From Cetorhinus maximus (taxonomy: Eukaryota): 64,000 bases of DNA. Positions within the stretch are counted from its first letter, which is position 1; each line of letters begins with the position of its first letter. Below are positions 62,714-64,000 of the stretch, one piece after another. The DNA lies in NCBI RefSeq assembly GCF_964194155.1, contig NC_135894.1, positions 13,764,001 through 13,828,000 of the forward strand. The letters run 5' to 3'. Made by a program: the position numbers and the translations under genes. The notes under the pieces were generated by a model. That model was not told the DNA's origin, searched no databases, and saw nothing but the letters and a program-made list of their open reading frames with translations.

Positions 62714-64000
62714 TCTATCTAGAGGATCTAGCATCTAGTCTATACTCAAGTAGGAGTAAGGGTAAGATAAAAGCAGGAGTTAACTATTTAGTTAAGATAT
62801 GCCTGGGGAGCTGAGTCCTGTGATTTTCACATCCTGTGCTATGTGGGAAATCCTAGATGCTCCTGGCTGTCTGGATGACCATGTGTGCAGGAGGTGCCTC
62901 TGACTGGAGCAACTTGAGTTCCTGGTTTTGGAGCTTGAACAGTAGCTGGGGCACTATGGTGCATTCACGAGGCTGAGAGGTTCATGGATAGCACGTTTCA
63001 GGACGTGGTCACCCCACAGCTTAAGAAGTGCAAGCACAGAGGGAATGGGTGACTGCCAGACAGAAGAAGGGGATCAGGCAGGTAGTGAGGGAATCCCCCA
63101 AGTGCATCTCACTCACAAACCGCTTTTCGGCCTCTGTGGAGGCCAACCAGAGCCAAGGCCATGGCACTGTGGGTGGTCCACCTGCTCAGGGTGGGAGAGG
63201 AAAAAGTATGGAATGGCAATAGTGGTAGGGGATTCATTAGTGAGGGGAATAGGCAGATGCTCTTGCGGCCGTAGACATGACTCCAGGATGGTATGTTGCC
63301 TCCTGGACGTCAGGGTCAAGGATGTCACAGAACAGCTGCAGGGCATTCTGAAGGGGGAGGGTGAACAGCCAGGGGTCGTGGTCCATGTTGGGACCAATGA
63401 CATAGGAAGAAAGAGGAATGAGGTCCTGCAAGCAGGCTTTAGGGTGTTAGGTAGGAAATTGAAAAGCAGGACTTCAAAGGTAGTAATCTCCAGATTACTC
63501 CTGGTGCCACGCAGTAATGAGTATAGGAACAGAGGGATAGAGCAGATGAATGCGTGGCTGGAGAGATGATGCAGGAGGGAGGACTTTAGATCCCTGGGGA
63601 GGTGGGACCTGTACAAGTTGGATGGGCTACACCTGCACAGGGACGGGACCAACATCCTCGTGGGGAGGTTTGCTAATGCTGTTGGGGTGGATTTAAACTA
63701 AATTGGGGGATGGGATCCTGAAAAGTAGTTCAGAGGGGAGAGAAGCTGAGTTGGAATTAGAAGTTAAAACGCTAGTGAATGAGTCTGGAAGGCAGAGGAA
63801 ACATAGGCTATATAAGAAAGAAGTGAGTTTAGCAAGGCTAAGTGGAATATATTTTAATGTTAGGAGCCCGAGGAATAAGACAGACGAGCTGAGGGCACAG
63901 ACAGGCACCTGGGAGTATGATATCATAGCTATGACCGAGACCTGGCTAAAAGAAAGGCAGGATTGGCAGCTCAACATTCCTGGTTGTAGGGTATTCAGGT
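62133..64000 (+). mobile_element. CR1 LINE 5' portion (ORF1 and start of ORF2), runs off the window
   Basis: ORF1 from ATG 62799: SCAMWE..HVCRRC zinc finger, leucine zipper with stops, SGNH esterase VVGDSLVRG..VVVHVGTNDIG. ORF2 endonuclease YFNVRS..DIIAMTETWL from ~63840. Confidence 0.92.

Noticed and set aside
63045-63569. Host SGNH/GDSL esterase gene
   Set aside because: It is the esterase domain of CR1 ORF1, lying between the zinc finger/zipper and the ORF2 endonuclease.

Overview
Repeat-dense, AT-rich vertebrate genomic DNA. The repeat families suggest a shark or other cartilaginous fish (inference). I found no intact host coding exon. Two CpG-rich promoter-like regions (~7.0-7.6 kb and ~15.0-17.7 kb) carry + strand splice donors, so the window probably holds the alternative 5' exons and long first introns of an unidentified gene. 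Most of the rest is decayed, nested mobile elements: many CR1 LINEs, one L2, one RTE, tRNA-derived SINEs plus their partner LINE tail, Harbinger MITEs and a Harbinger transposase pseudogene, and a two-LTR Gmr1-type Ty3/Gypsy element with PR-IN-RT-RH order and a tRNA-Pro primer site. The most unusual signals are (i) about eight Penelope-like remnants, several carrying minimal hammerhead-ribozyme motifs or fold-back structures and two bounded by target-site duplications, and (ii) an unexplained 66-bp-arm hairpin at 26.5-26.75 kb. There is no CRISPR array and no prokaryotic system. All calls were made by eye, without database searches, and boundaries of old repeats are approximate.
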